Positions 12,591-26,745 of a stretch of 64,000 nucleotides of DNA are shown in pieces. Where the stretch lies: the NCBI GenBank assembly GCA_964016885.1, contig OZ024755.1, positions 15,872,001 through 15,936,000 of the forward strand, in the 5' to 3' direction. Both the position numbers and the translations under genes were made by a program. Under the pieces are notes generated by a model. That model saw nothing but the letters and a program-made list of their open reading frames with translations, ran no database searches and had not been told where the DNA came from. The stretch is from Eledone cirrhosa (Eukaryota). The stretch's first letter is position 1; each line of letters begins with the position of its first letter.

Positions 12591-12800
12591 TTGTTGGTTA
12601 TGTATGTAGCCAATGCACCTGCGGGTTGCTGACAGCTTTTTCTCCAGAAGCCATACGAAAGAGCGCAGCTTTTAATAGACTTTATTCAGTTAAACATATA
12701 CATAAATGATGAAGAAGAAGAAGAAGAAGAAGAAGAAGAAGAAGAAGAAGATTACGAATAGGATGGGTAATAATAGTATTGTTATTATAACTTTTTCTAC

Positions 12801-12977
12801 TTTTGGCACAAGGCCAGCAATTATCCCAGTGTATTACTGGTACTTTATTTTATCGACCCTGTAAGGATGAAAGGTAAAGTTAACCTCGGCGGGATTTGAA
12901 CTCAGATCATAAAGGGATGTAACTCTATGCTTCAAAGCATGGCGTCCGACCCTCTACCGATACTGCCAATCCACCGC
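12801..12977 (-). mobile_element. tRNA-derived SINE with Nin-type core
   Basis: Minus strand GAGTTCAAATCCCGCCGAGGTTAACTTTACCTTTCATCC..GGGTCGATAAAATAAAGTACCAG; many copies in the window. Confidence 0.8.
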
Positions 12978-13004
12978 GGCTATTATTAGTAGTCGTAGTG
13001 TTCA

Positions 13005-13140
13005 TTTTACATTCTGAGTTCAAATCCCTCCGAGGTTAGCTTTGTCTTTCATTCTAAAGCTCCAGGAATGCCCTGGGGTCGACTTAATCGACTTTCACCT
13101 CCCCCAAATTACTGACCTTGTACCTAAAGTAGAAACAATT
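13005..13140 (+). mobile_element. Partial Nin-type SINE
   Basis: CTGAGTTCAAATCCCTCCGAGGTTAGC...GGGGTCGACTTAATCGACT. Confidence 0.7.
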
Positions 13141-13199
13141 ATTATTATTATTACACACAAAAAAACACATACACACACACACAAGCTATATTTATGATG

Positions 13200-13533
13200 A
13201 AGGTGTGGAAGTGCGTGGCTTTGAGGTTAGTGTGTTCGGCTCATGATCGTAAGGTCGTGAGTTCGATTCCCGGTGGAGCACTATGTCCTTGAGCAAAACA
13301 CTTTAATTCACGTTGCTGCCGTCTACTCAACTGGTAAAAATGAATTGTACCTGTAATTCGAAGTGTCAGCCTTGCCACATTCCGTGTCACACTGAATCCC
13401 TCTGAGGACGATGTTAAAGGTTCACGTGTTTGTGGAATGCTCGGGCACTAACACGTCAATTTCACGAGCAGGCTGTTCTATTGATTTGATCGTATCATCA
13501 GAAATACTCGTCGTCGTAACCGACGGGGTGCCA
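13200..13533 (+). mobile_element. tRNA-derived SINE, second family
   Basis: A/B-box-like head (GTGGCTTTGAGGTTAG..GAGTTCGATTCCC) followed by TGTCCTTGAGCAAAACACTT. Homologous to 33540-33900. Confidence 0.75.
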
Positions 13534-13979
13534 TTACTACAACTATGATGACGGTGAAATCATTTTAACATTATAGGTGGCTCCAACATTTAATTTATAG
13601 GTAAAAACTCGTGGTAATCTTAATTAGATATTTTTATTTTCTGCTGTTTGTTTGTTAACGTTTTTCTCAATATTTTATTTATAGAATCGTTGACGAATTC
13701 AACAGTTCTAAACTCTATTTCCGATTAGTGATGGTCTTAACTACGTTATTGCAAGCGATAATGTCTAATTTACAGAACAGTGAAATAATCCCAGCACTGC
13801 TAATGGCCATTCTTTAATCTTTTGAATATTTCATTCCTGCTTACTAGTATTATATTTTATGGGCTTGTTGTTTTAACAATTTGCAAGCAAAGATGTCATA
13901 TTTTTTATCGTTCTTTAACTATTTTTATAGTCATTATAATAATAATTATTATTATTATCATCGTTTTTCTTATTATTAT

Positions 13980-14115
13980 TTGGCAGTATTGGTAGAACGT
14001 CGCACAACAGGCTTTGGGGAATTGAGTTAGAGGCCTTTACCTTCTGAGTTCTAATTCCACCAAGGTTAGCTATGGGATCGATTTAATCGACTTTCCCATC
14101 CCAAAAAATTGTCGG
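13980..14115 (+). mobile_element. Degenerate Nin-type SINE
   Basis: TGGCAGTATTGGTAGAACGTCG..CTGAGTTCTAATTCC..GATTTAATCGACTTTCCC. Confidence 0.65.
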
Positions 14116-14676
14116 AAAGAAGCAATGCAGTTCTATTAATAAGAGTTGGAATGACTGCATGTAAAATTTCACAGCTCGAGAATCACTCGTTCATAATTCA
14201 GCCTACGAACTTTTCGGCTGACACTTTTATATGAACACAGCTTCTGCCAGGAGTTGCAAAGAGCAGACAGTGTCAGCAAAGGATAGACCAATGGAATGAT
14301 AGCTTTCTTGGTTCGATCTAATGATCGGCTCCTTAGTTTTCCTTTCATTTGACGGAGATGGATTATTAGCAAGGTGGGAGAGATAGATTACTGGATGAAT
14401 ACGTAGGTGACTAAATGGTTGTTAAGTTTAGATAGCTGGCTTGTTGGTTGATTGGTTGGTTGGCTGGTTTGTTCGCTGGCAGGCAATATGTCCGCCAGTA
14501 TGCATAGCTATACGTTCATTGTTTCGTTGGCCAAGTAGATAGTTAAAGAACACCTCAAACGTGTACATGACAGCTTGCTTTATTTTCTCAGAACTTTCCA
14601 CAACTTATGCAAATTTAACTCTCAGCTAAATGAGATTAAAAAATACTCTGGAATATGCATGCAAAATATGTGCGTA

Positions 14677-14732
<56 letters not shown>

Positions 14733-15051
14733 TATATGTGTGTGTGTGTATGTGTGCATGTATGCTTATATATATATATATATATATATGCTTGAGAATA
14801 AAAGATAGGCTTGCATGGTTTATTACTTTTATACATCAAAATATAGATTCGTTTATACCATACATATAAGCATATTTTCATGCATATATGCATGAATGCA
14901 TGCATAACAATGCACATGGGAAAAAATAATACACATGTCGTTGTAAACATATTACATATTACCTAAACATGTCACATATACAATTATACACACCGGATCA
15001 TACATATTTCCACCGATATAAAGAATATGCAAATTCAATAAATACAATATG

Positions 15052-15090
<39 letters not shown>

Positions 15091-15093
<3 letters not shown>

Positions 15094-15203
15094 ATATTCA
15101 GGACCCCAACGGCTGAGCTCCGGCCGTTTCAACATGCATCATATATATGTGTCTGAAACTAGCTGTTGAAACGGTAAGAGCTCAGCCGTTGGCCCTGACT
15201 ATT

Positions 15204-15210
<7 letters not shown>
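15091..15210. mobile_element. Fold-back cassette, family C
   Basis: CCAACGGCTGAGCTC..CCGTTTCAACA and TGTTGAAACGG..GAGCTCAGCCGTTGG inverted arms, inside (TA)n. Confidence 0.7.
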
Positions 15211-15245
<35 letters not shown>

Positions 15246-15782
15246 TATGACAAAGATCGATATCTTCTTCAAACATGATAAACAACGTTGTCCAGATACT
15301 TTCCAAACATCAGACAATTGACGATTTAATAAAAATTTTGGAATTGAAATAAACTACGAGAGAAAGATGGATGAGATATGTTCTAAATGTAGAATATTCA
15401 TATAGTTGATGGAACGATTCTTTAGGAGCTCCCAGAGAAATCCTCTGTTCTGCTTCTGTTGTGGTAATGGATATATGTTATTATTGCCTATTCCCCATGC
15501 ACCTCCTGAGATTTAAAAAAAAATCTATTAAATTAAACTACTGATAAGAGTGTCAAATTTCTAGTGGTGGTGGTAGTCAAACATTAACTGAGTGACTCAA
15601 TATACATGGGTGCCATATTATTTTCCTTTTCTAGTGATGCCGAAGTTATGGTGAAAATGCCACCAATTACTTTGGAATACATATCTATATATAAATATTT
15701 ACATATTTATATAAATATTTACATATATATATATATATATATATATTAATTCAAAATATTAAGAAAATAGATATTCTTGTGA

Positions 15783-15849
15783 TATTTTATTATACATATT
15801 TCAGAGGTACTGAGTTAACTTCAACAGTACGTCCTCATCAGATAAAATA
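15783..15849 (-). ncRNA. Type I hammerhead ribozyme (mirror copy)
   Basis: Reverse complement of 15963-16029. Confidence 0.75.
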
Positions 15850-15962
15850 AGATGATGCATGACATACCCTGACATAGTAGATGTTTAAGATTCAGTCAAG
15901 GTAGTCACTACCGTGACTGAATCTTAACCATCTACTATGTCAGGGCATGTTATGCATCATCT

Positions 15963-16029
15963 TATTTTATCTGATGAGGACGTACTGTTGAAGTTAACTC
16001 AGTACCTCTGAAATATGTATAATAAAATA
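15963..16029 (+). ncRNA. Type I hammerhead ribozyme
   Basis: TATTTTAT CTGATGA [stem II GTACTG/CAGTAC] GAAA TATGTA TA ATAAAATA. Confidence 0.75.
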
Positions 16030-16166
16030 TACTTGATCACAAGAATATCTATTTTTTTAATATTTTGAATTAATATTAATAACTCTGGAAAACCAAACCT
16101 GCTGAGTGCTTCCAATCTATTGTAAAACTCATTCTTTGATTTATTCATTGAACCTTGTTTAACTTT

Positions 16167-16907
<741 letters not shown>

Positions 16908-16918
16908 TATATATATAT

Positions 16919-17128
16919 AAAGTAAAATAACGGAGTAAAGGACTCGCGTATAATCCTGTAATTCAATGAGCTCAAAGGAAAAAGTTTTCCTGGGCACTTT
17001 AAAATACAATATAGAGAGGAAAAACACAGGAGAGTGTGTTTTCATTTACAGGATTTTAACCACCAGCGTGAAGAGAATTAAATCCTGTAAATGAAAACAC
17101 ACTCTCCTATGTTTTTCCTCTCTATATT
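16919..17128. mobile_element. Fold-back cassette with tail
   Basis: 49-bp arms 17008-17056/17080-17128, unique left tail, (TA)n flanks. Confidence 0.65.
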
Positions 17129-17133
17129 ATATG

Positions 17134-17209
<76 letters not shown>

Positions 17210-17337
17210 AGGTTAGAATTAATTTGAAAGTAGTTAGCCCATTATTCAACAGAGTACACGATACTTAGGGTAGTAGAGTCTGGAATTAGCTGTTGAAACG
17301 GCTAGAGCTCAGCCGTTGGATCCCGGCTCTTTATTGT

Positions 17338-17392
<55 letters not shown>

Positions 17393-17396
<4 letters not shown>

Positions 17397-17862
17397 GAAA
17401 GTGAACAATAGAAAATATAACTACTCCATTACCAAAGGTTTCTGGATCACGGGCGATAATATATAGGTCTGGATCGTTCGTCAGATAGAGATGTTATCTT
17501 TCTACATTCTCGACTTTCTCAATTAACATTTTGGTATAAGAAGCATTAGAAGCATTGGGATGTTTTTAACAGAGTAATCCATTTCATATAAATCCATAGT
17601 TAGTGTTGGTAAATTTCCTTATAACTATAGAGTGCTCAACTTATCAGGCTGGAAGATGCCAATCTCATAGATATGCAGAATTTGCGTCGATCATTCCCGT
17701 TAGGAGCTGTTTATGTGTTACGTAATTCCAAAGGAAAAAAGAGTGCTCTATGTATAGAACAGAGCTATTTAATTAGAAAGTGAACAACACAAAATATAAC
17801 TACTCCATTACCAAAGGTTTCTGGATCTCAGACGATAATAATATATACGTCAGATAGAGATG
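17393..17862 (-). mobile_element. Direct-repeat HHR unit, 379-bp period (tandem pseudo-LTR or retrozyme-like)
   Basis: TTAGAAAGTGAACAA..ACTCCATTACCAAAGGTTTCTGGATC..CGTCAGATAGAGATGT occurs at about 17394 and 17773. Confidence 0.7.
17424..17490 (-). ncRNA. Type I hammerhead ribozyme (stem II irregular)
   Basis: CTCTAT CTGACGA ... GAAA CC TTT GG TA ATGGAG. Confidence 0.6.
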
Positions 17863-18099
17863 TATATTAGACATGGCCTGGGCCAATACTGGTCGAAACC
17901 TATCAAAGTTGTCAAAGTTATATATAATATGTATATCACGCGCAGTCAGCTGTCGTATAAGTACATGCCTGTTTATTTGGTCGTACTGTTTCGTTTTGTC
18001 TACAATTCTGTTTACATGATCAGTAAATTCATAAAGGCAATACTTTGTGATAGCATAAAACAACAGAAACAATCAAGTGAGTGAGAGAACAGATCCTTA

Positions 18100-19560
18100 T
18101 GGTACTCCATTCGAAAATTTGTAGGTTCTGAAAGTATTATTTCTGTCATGCCTGGCGGCTTAACAATTAGTTTGCTAGTCAGTATCTTGTGTTTATTTTC
18201 AATATGGTGTTACGTATTTTGTATGATTAGATACCGGGGATTGGAGTCGAAAGATTTGCTGATTGTGTCTGAAAGGCTTTCCGTTGTGGAAGCCATAATG
18301 TATTTTCTGGTTGTGGTTTGTGAGTACTGTTGTGGTTTAAATCTGATTTTGAAGGGGGTGATGTTTGGATTAGTTATATCAATGATTGTCTTTCAAGAAT
18401 TTAGGGAGCTGTTCATATGATATAATATCATACTTCAAGTGAAGTATGATATTACTTCACTTGAACTTTTGTAAGCTTAATTGTTTTCTAGTATATTTCA
18501 AATGTATTCTTCTTTTGCTTTTGTTATCTCTTTGCATTAAATAAATTACACCGATATTTAGTTGAATAACTTTTTTTTTAAATTCATAAAAACAAAATGT
18601 TCTTATATATCAATTAACACAATTTTACCCAACTTACAGATTCTGGGAATTTAACAATGCTGGAACAAATAATTAAAATGTTAGTTAGTGCAATGATTTG
18701 TTCAGATGTTAGGTGTTTAAAGTGTATATTTATGATTTTGTCTTGCCCTGGGGTCTTTAAGTTTCCGAATATTTTTCTATTATTTTTTTCTAATACCTAA
18801 TGGAAGGAAGAGGTCAAAATCATGGTCGAGATGGACAGTGGATACATTTCATTTAGTGTTTCTGTCTTTTTGTGTGCGTGTGTGTTGTTTTTGCTGGTAG
18901 GTTTTCGATAAATGTCTGAAGATGGCGTTTTCTTCGTATTTCAGTGTATTTTGTTTATCTGGGGTTGTTATTGCGACATTCTTGTTGTTGTTTTTGTTGT
19001 TGTTGTGGTTGTTTTTGTTGTTATTATTGTTGTTTTTATTGCTGTCGATGTTGTTGTCGTTGTTTTTGTTGTTGTGCTGTTATTGTTGTTGCATTTATTG
19101 TTGTTGTGGTGGTGTTGTTATTCTTTCTGTTGCTTTTATTGTTGCTATCGTTATTGTTGTTGTTGCTGTTCTTGGTAGTGTCGTCGTTGTTGTTGTTGTT
19201 GTTGTTGTTGTAGATAATGCTACTAATTACTCTATATAGTATTTTACTGTTAGTTTCGTTGTACATATATATTGGATAAAAAATATCTGTTAATCTTCTG
19301 GAGTTTTTTATAGTTTATATATTATATTTTTTCATCTCTTTATTTTAGTTGTTTGTATTTTAGCTGTGGTAGTAAGTTTTTATTCCATTGTATATAATGT
19401 TGGTTTATTGTATTTGAGGTTGTTTTTCTTTATGAAGTTAGCTATATTTGGTGTATAATTGATGTTGAAGGACTTGTCATCGTTATAGTTGTAAAAATGT
19501 TTGTTGGTCGTGGAAAAAAAGATTTTAAGACTTTGACATTATGCCTTTCTTCGTGTTTTA
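18100..19560 (-). mobile_element. Highly decayed LINE reverse transcriptase region
   Basis: Minus-strand NLKTPGQDKIINIHFKHL..LTNILIICSSIVKFPES..GKIVLI and HYGF resemble the KAPG.DGI / FP..WK / QYGF RT motifs. Many stops; split by a (GTT)n tract. Confidence 0.5.
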
Positions 19561-19610
19561 AATAACATAAACAGTAAATAAATGATTTATAAATAAAAAC
19601 AAAATACATA

Positions 19611-19695
<85 letters not shown>

Positions 19696-19702
<7 letters not shown>

Positions 19703-19935
19703 ATTAGAGTCAGTCTAGGTAGAGCCGCTGCTTCTCCGAATTGAGAGATCACAGCTCCGATACTATGGGCATGTGATTAGGATGTCTCGAGAAAGAATCA
19801 CTGAACAGATTTTACAGGCAAAACCAACCAGAGTGTTTGAGGACTCTTCCCCCACTACCGTTTCAGGAATAAGTAAGTGGGCGAAGAAGAAGAAGAAGAA
19901 GAAGAAGAAGAAGATGATGATGATGATGATGATGA
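19696..19935 (+). mobile_element. RTE-clade LINE 3-prime fragment with (GAA)n/(GAT)n tail
   Basis: Translates to EPLLLRIERSQLRYYGHVIRMSRERITEQILQAKPT (QLRW.GHV.RM motif). Confidence 0.75.
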
Positions 19936-19996
19936 TTAAACCTTGACTATTTATTTATTCATTTTCTTCATCTCACACTCTGTATTTTATGTCATG

Positions 19997-20066
<70 letters not shown>

Positions 20067-20715
20067 CATCACATAAAATACAGAGAGAGAGAGATGAAGA
20101 AATTAGCTGTCTACACAATGAGCAGACAAACAGACTGGTGAGTCGCAGAAGCACGTGCTCTGAGATAATCTGGACATTAGTGTGTTCCAATGCATCAAGA
20201 AGGGTGACAATTAGTGAGGGAGGTAGGTAAGGAGGAAGTGAGGAGGGGGGAAGAGAGGAAGGGGGTAGAGAGGTAAAGAGGCAGAGAGGAAGGATGAAGA
20301 AAGGGAGGGAGGAAAGAGATAAGGAGGAAGAGAGAAAGAGAGGAAGAGATGAAGAGAGGAAGGAGGTTAGGAGGAAGAGATGAAGAGAGGAAGGAGGTAA
20401 GGAGGAAGAGAGGAAGAGAGGAAGAGAGGAAAGGGGGAAGGAGGGAGAAAGGAAGAAGGAAGAGAGGAAAAGAGGAAAGAGGGAGGAGGGAAAAATGAAG
20501 AAGGAAGAGAGGAAGAGAGGAAGGAGGTAAGTAGGGAGAGAGGAAGGGAGGAATGAGGTGAGGAGGGAGGGGAAGTGTTGCTCAAACAACTGTCTACCTG
20601 CCTTCATGTTATTGTATATGTGATTACCAAAGAATGGCAGCAAATGGGAGACAGAAGGGGAAAATATGCGTCGTGTTGTGTTGTGTGTGATTGTGTTGTG
20701 TGGTTGTGGTGTGTG

Positions 20716-21170
20716 TGTGATTGTGTTGTGTGTATGTGTGATTGTGTTGTTTGTGAGTGTTATGTGTGTATGGGTGATTGTGTTGTGTGTATGTGTGATT
20801 GTGTTGTTTGTGAGTGTTATGTGTGTATGGGTGATTGTGTTGTGTGTATGTGTGATTGTGTTGTTTGTGAGTGTTAAGTGTTTATGGGTGATTGTGTTGT
20901 GTGTATGTGTGATTGTGTTGTTTGTGAGTGTTATGTGTTTATGGGTGATTGTGTTGTGTGTATGTGGGATTGTGTTGTTTGTGAGTGTTATGTGTGTATG
21001 GTTGGTTATGTTGTGTGTATGTGGGATTGTGTTGTTTGTGAGCGTTATGTGTGTATGGGTGATTGTGTTGTGTGTATGTGGGATTGTGTTGTTTGTGAGT
21101 GTTATGTGTGTATGGGTGATTGTGTTGTGTGTATGTGGGATTGTGTTGTTTGTGAGTGTTATGTGTGTAT
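20716..21170. repeat. 57-bp GT-rich minisatellite, about 8 copies
   Basis: Unit GGGTGATTGTGTTGTGTGTATGTGTGATTGTGTTGTTTGTGAGTGTTATGTGTGTAT; gives a 19-aa period in the ORF track. Confidence 0.9.
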
Positions 21171-21874
21171 GTTTGTTGTAGTTTTATGTTATGCTGTGTA
21201 TGTTATGGATTGTATTGTGTCAATAAGTGTGTGTATGTTGTGTGTGTTGTGGGTTTGATTACGTGTGTATGTGTGTGGATATTGTATTGGTATTTTGTGC
21301 TTGTATTGTGTGTGCATGATGTGTGTATGCGTGTGAGTGTTGGGTGAGAGAGAGAGAGTTGGGTGAGAGTACAATTACAGTTTCAAAGTTTCAATATGAC
21401 GGTACGTAAAAAAAGGCTTCAATAAAATAACACTGCCTGGGCAACTTCAAGATCAAAACCCCTGAGCAATGAGAATTAAGCAAAGATAGAATACCTATAG
21501 CCTGGGCTAGCCCAACTCTTTTGTAACAATTCTAGATAGTGTAGTAAGAGTGGAGTGGATTTTGTCTATAAACCCACATAATGAAAATAACAGATATGGT
21601 TCCTCCTAATCAGCATATTCAGTTAACAAGTTGGCCTGGGTAGAATAATCAGATATATAGAATATGATATATATATATGCGCGTGTGCGCGTGTGTGAGG
21701 GACGTATAAAGTTGCATTCTCAGAAGTAATGGGTGATCTTAACCGGGAGGTTTTATCGATGGCCCCTCTTTAAAATGTGGAGGCACCATCACCTAAACTG
21801 AAATGCAGTGACACATTTTACTTCTGGGAAAAACTACACACACACACACATATGTATATATATGTATATATATG

Positions 21875-22285
<411 letters not shown>

Positions 22286-22549
22286 AATATATATATACAT
22301 ATATATATACATATATATATATACATATACACACACACACACACACACACATGTATATATATATATATATATTGTTACTCTGGAGTTTCGCCTGTTTATC
22401 ACAGGCTCATACATATATATATGTATGTAAGCACTTATATATATACATTTATATATACATGCATACATACATATATATGTATTTGTATATATATAGCGAG
22501 GGAGAGGTGGGGCAGTGAGACAGACAGACTGACAGAAATGGGGAATTGA

Positions 22550-22850
22550 GGATAAATTGATTGTGACAAGAAGGGAAAATTCCCATTAGTAAGATTAAAA
22601 TTGATGCCAACCTCACTGGATGTCTGTTTGTTGTTCTAATTAGTAACAGCAGTTTGGGTGACAGGAGGGGGGTGGTCGAATAGCAAAAACAAAAGCCACA
22701 GATCAGATGTTTGTCTTTCAATGCAAGATTTCCATACAGATACAAATGCCGCATGAATATTCAGGAGAGGGATTATTTGTCAACACCGATTGGTTGAGAT
22801 GGGAATGTGAACATAAGCTCTCATGTAGTGGAATAATGTTTTGTTATTTA
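22550..22850 (-). mobile_element. Possible LINE RT fragment
   Basis: Minus-strand LNIHAAFVSVW resembles LDI.KAFDSVW; otherwise degraded. Confidence 0.35.
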
Positions 22851-23039
22851 AAAATCATTTAATTATACAGCGTTAGCAATAATATACGCCATATTTAAAC
22901 TGAATAAAACTTTTATTTCAAATAAATCTAAAGAAAATAATATATTATGAACGTATAAAACTTAAAGTTATCACCATGGGAATACTAAATAATTGGCGAT
23001 AAGTGTAGCAAATATTAAGCGACGAATTGTGAGGGTCAT

Positions 23040-23175
23040 TAGAACGTCGGATAGAATATTTTGCGATATATGTTTCGGCTATCTGCTCTCTGAGTTCAAA
23101 TCACGCCGAGGTCAACTTTGCTTTTCATCCATTCAAGGTCGATAAAAAAAAGTAGTGGTCTAGTACTGGGGTCCA
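23040..23175 (+). mobile_element. Nin-type SINE
   Basis: CTGAGTTCAAATCACGCCGAGGTCAACTTTGCTTTTCATCC..GGTCGATAAAA. Confidence 0.75.
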
Positions 23176-23318
23176 TTTTTCCTGTATATATCTTTTTCAC
23201 TTCCATTCGCTCACTCTTAAATCTGCTCTGGAAGAAATCTGGTGTATTTAGACTTGGAGAGGAGATAGGCTCCACCAGGCTTTAATATCTGTCCTACAAA
23301 CGCCCGCCGTATATACCT

Positions 23319-23447
<129 letters not shown>

Positions 23448-23553
23448 TCCGAAACGTTAAGACTCTCATCCTGTTATCTTAAGCGTTAAACTAATATATT
23501 TCTTCCTTGTATTGTGCCGTTTGTTTTGTTATTTCTGTTTACCTTTTACATAC

Positions 23554-23616
<63 letters not shown>

Positions 23617-24267
23617 CACACGCACAGACAGGCATATATCAATAATATTGATTCCTTACATAAACATAATGCTTCAGATTTAATAAACGTTAAGAACGAG
23701 AATCAATGTTGATGATTTTCTCAACGACATTAGCCAAGAAACCTAAAGAAAATATCTTGAACACGGAATGGAAACCTGATTGTAATATAAAATTATCATC
23801 CGCTTACCTCAGCTTCTCATCACTCGCCCCACAAATATATTAATGGACACAAGCAAAAGCAACCACATTTTTCTTTAACAATATTAAATGTGGCGTGATG
23901 TTTCACATATATCGTTCTTATTCATTAAAACGCAACAAACAAAACCAAAATATATCAAATTAATGCAGTGACTGCCAGAGATATACATATACGCATACGT
24001 ACATACATACATATATACATATACATAGATACATATATACATACATACATATATACATATACAAATAGGTATATATAAACATACATACACACATATATAT
24101 GTGTATGTATATATACATATATATATTTATATATATGTGTATGTATATATACATATATATATTTATATATATGTGTATGTATATATACATATATATATTT
24201 ATATAATCACACACATATATATATGTATATAAATAAATATGTATGTATATATTTTATATATATATAC

Positions 24268-24336
<69 letters not shown>

Positions 24337-24342
24337 AAAATA

Positions 24343-24418
<76 letters not shown>

Positions 24419-25034
24419 ATATGTGAGCGTGTATGAGAGTTGTTTTGTTTTTTTTTCTTCTGTTGGGTTCTTATACGGCATGTATTTCAATTCTTCGCAG
24501 CCGCAATAATTAGATAAAAATAAATGATAATGCAACACGAACAAAAATATGCAAATTTAACAACAACAACAGCAATAAAATAAACACAACACAATACAAC
24601 CTATCAATAATATAACAAACACATGTTTCAGCATAAAGTGAAAATAAAAAACCCTCGAAAACTAAGTGAAAAATAAATTCCTTGAAAACAGTGAAAGCAA
24701 ACGATGAGATATATTTGTCAAAACTACAATTGATTAAAAGAAGAATTAACAAAAAAAAATAATGACCTTAAATAAACTTATTGAAATATATTAAATAATT
24801 CTTTTAATTTTATCATTTATTTCAAATAACTTTCGACTAGATTGGAGGTTCTATGGAGTTAATTACGATGTTTATGTTTTGTGATTCCATATTCAAAGAC
24901 AGTCGTCTTTAACTGTTCACAAATTAAGTGAAAATTTAACTGAATACATTTACAGCTTTGCAGTTTTAGCATTCTTGTCAGATTCCTCTGACTTGGAGTA
25001 AATGAAATATAAAAAACACACACACACTCACTCT

Positions 25035-25074
<40 letters not shown>

Positions 25075-25234
25075 ACATCGTTCTCAGCGTCATATCGTGA
25101 CACGCGGAATATTAACGCCAATCTCAAACTGACATGTTATTACACCAGACTGAATGTAATAATATCATCAACATCATCAACATAGTCATCAGCAAACATG
25201 ATATCAGAAATTATTATATTGATAATAATGGATT

Positions 25235-25560
25235 TTAATTTAGACACAAGGCCAGCAATTTTAGTGGAGGGGAGAAGAACGTCGATTATATCCGCCTCGC
25301 ATCTTCCGGAAAAGCAAAGTTGACCTCGGTATGATTTGAACTCAAGTCTACCAATCCACCAACCTTAATAATACTTTCTGATTTAATCCCAAGGCCAACA
25401 ATTTGAAGTGATGTGGTAAGTCGATTAAATCGACCCTAGTGTTAAACTGTTGTTTTATTTCATCGACCTCGTAACGATGAAAGGCAAAGTTAATCTCGGC
25501 AGGATTTCAACTCAGAACGTAAAGGGCCGTAACTAAATGCCGCAAAGCGCTAACGATTTA
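25235..25560 (-). mobile_element. Two tandem Nin-type SINE copies
   Basis: Repeated CAAGGCCA(G/A)CAATTT..AAAGTT(G/A)A(C/T)CTCGG..GATTT(G/C)AACTCA. Confidence 0.7.
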
Positions 25561-26569
25561 TCGTCATAATAATAAGAATAATGGTTTCTAATTTTGGTAC
25601 AAAACCATCAATTATATCCGTTTACTGCAAGTTACATTCAGCAATCAATGACTGTTCATAGTTTGTTGTATCTGTATGTCAACTTTTGGCTTCTATTTTA
25701 CTAGTAATAAAGCTTGCATTGCTAATCTTATCTTCTAGTTGTGTAGAATTCTCTATAGGATCGTTGTATTATCAACAAATGTGTTGTTGTTGCTGTTTTT
25801 TTATTTAGTTTTTTGTGTGCATGTGCTTACATAGATCCTTGTCGTAATTATATGATCATCCGAAAACATCAATAACAACATCATTATCGAAAAAAAAAAC
25901 AATAGAAAAACGCCACTAATAAACACTTCATCCAGAAGATGAACCCGAGGAGGTCTGGAAACATTCGTAGGCTTAGGAACGTTATTGCTCGAAACATAAA
26001 GGCCAACTGGGGAAATAGGAAATGTTCTTTTCTTTTAACTTTGAACACGTACATTAACTGAAAACAGGATGGTCGTAATCCAGTGACTGAAACTTGGAAA
26101 ACAATACATATATGTGTGGCAGGTCTGTATAGATAGATAGATAGATTCGTTCGAAGCTGATGATTCATTCTGTGGTATGTCTGACTGTGCGTATCTCTGT
26201 ATTAACGTATTCGATTCGACAGAAAGCAATAACCAAATATATATATATATATATATATAAACAAAAAAAAACATGGATTTGAATCTAGCTGGCGAACTAC
26301 GTTAACACCTTAAATAACTAGCAAATCTTAGTGATGAAGACTGGCAGAAAAGCTATCTGTGATTCAAAGACTTTAAAAAGTCTTTCAGAATTTGTCTCAT
26401 TTTATCCCCCCGAGCGAGTATTATAAAACATGCTCGTTCGCTTCAAAGCACACTCGCTAACGACCATAAATTACATAGTCGGAAGTCATCCAGCCAACTC
26501 CACACCACAACCACCACCACAATCACCACAAAAAAAAGCATACTTGCATCCCACTCCACACAACCACCA

Positions 26570-26745
26570 TTCCACACAAAAACATACTTCCACCTCACTC
26601 CACACCACCACTACCACCACCACAAAAAAACATACTTCCACCCCACTCCACACCACCACTACCACCACCACAAAAAAGCATACTTCCACACCACACCACA
26701 CCACCACTACCACCACCACAAAAAAGCATACTTCCACACCACTCC
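26570..26745. repeat. 48-bp minisatellite, about 4 copies
   Basis: CACAAAAAAGCATACTTCCAC..CACACCACCACTACCACCAC. Confidence 0.8.

Larger units (their letters stand above)
15743..16170 (+). mobile_element. Fold-back HHR mini-element, family B
   Basis: About 165-bp arms centred on 15906 (15743-16076). Tail AACTC..GAGTGCTTCCAATCTATTGTAAAA is shared with 9772-9820. Confidence 0.85.

Noticed and set aside
13200-13275. tRNA gene
   Set aside because: The A/B-box-like head runs into a SINE body and no full cloverleaf is evident.
20575-21258. Cys-rich repeat protein (metallothionein- or keratin-like)
   Set aside because: It is a 57-bp GT-rich minisatellite with an in-frame stop.
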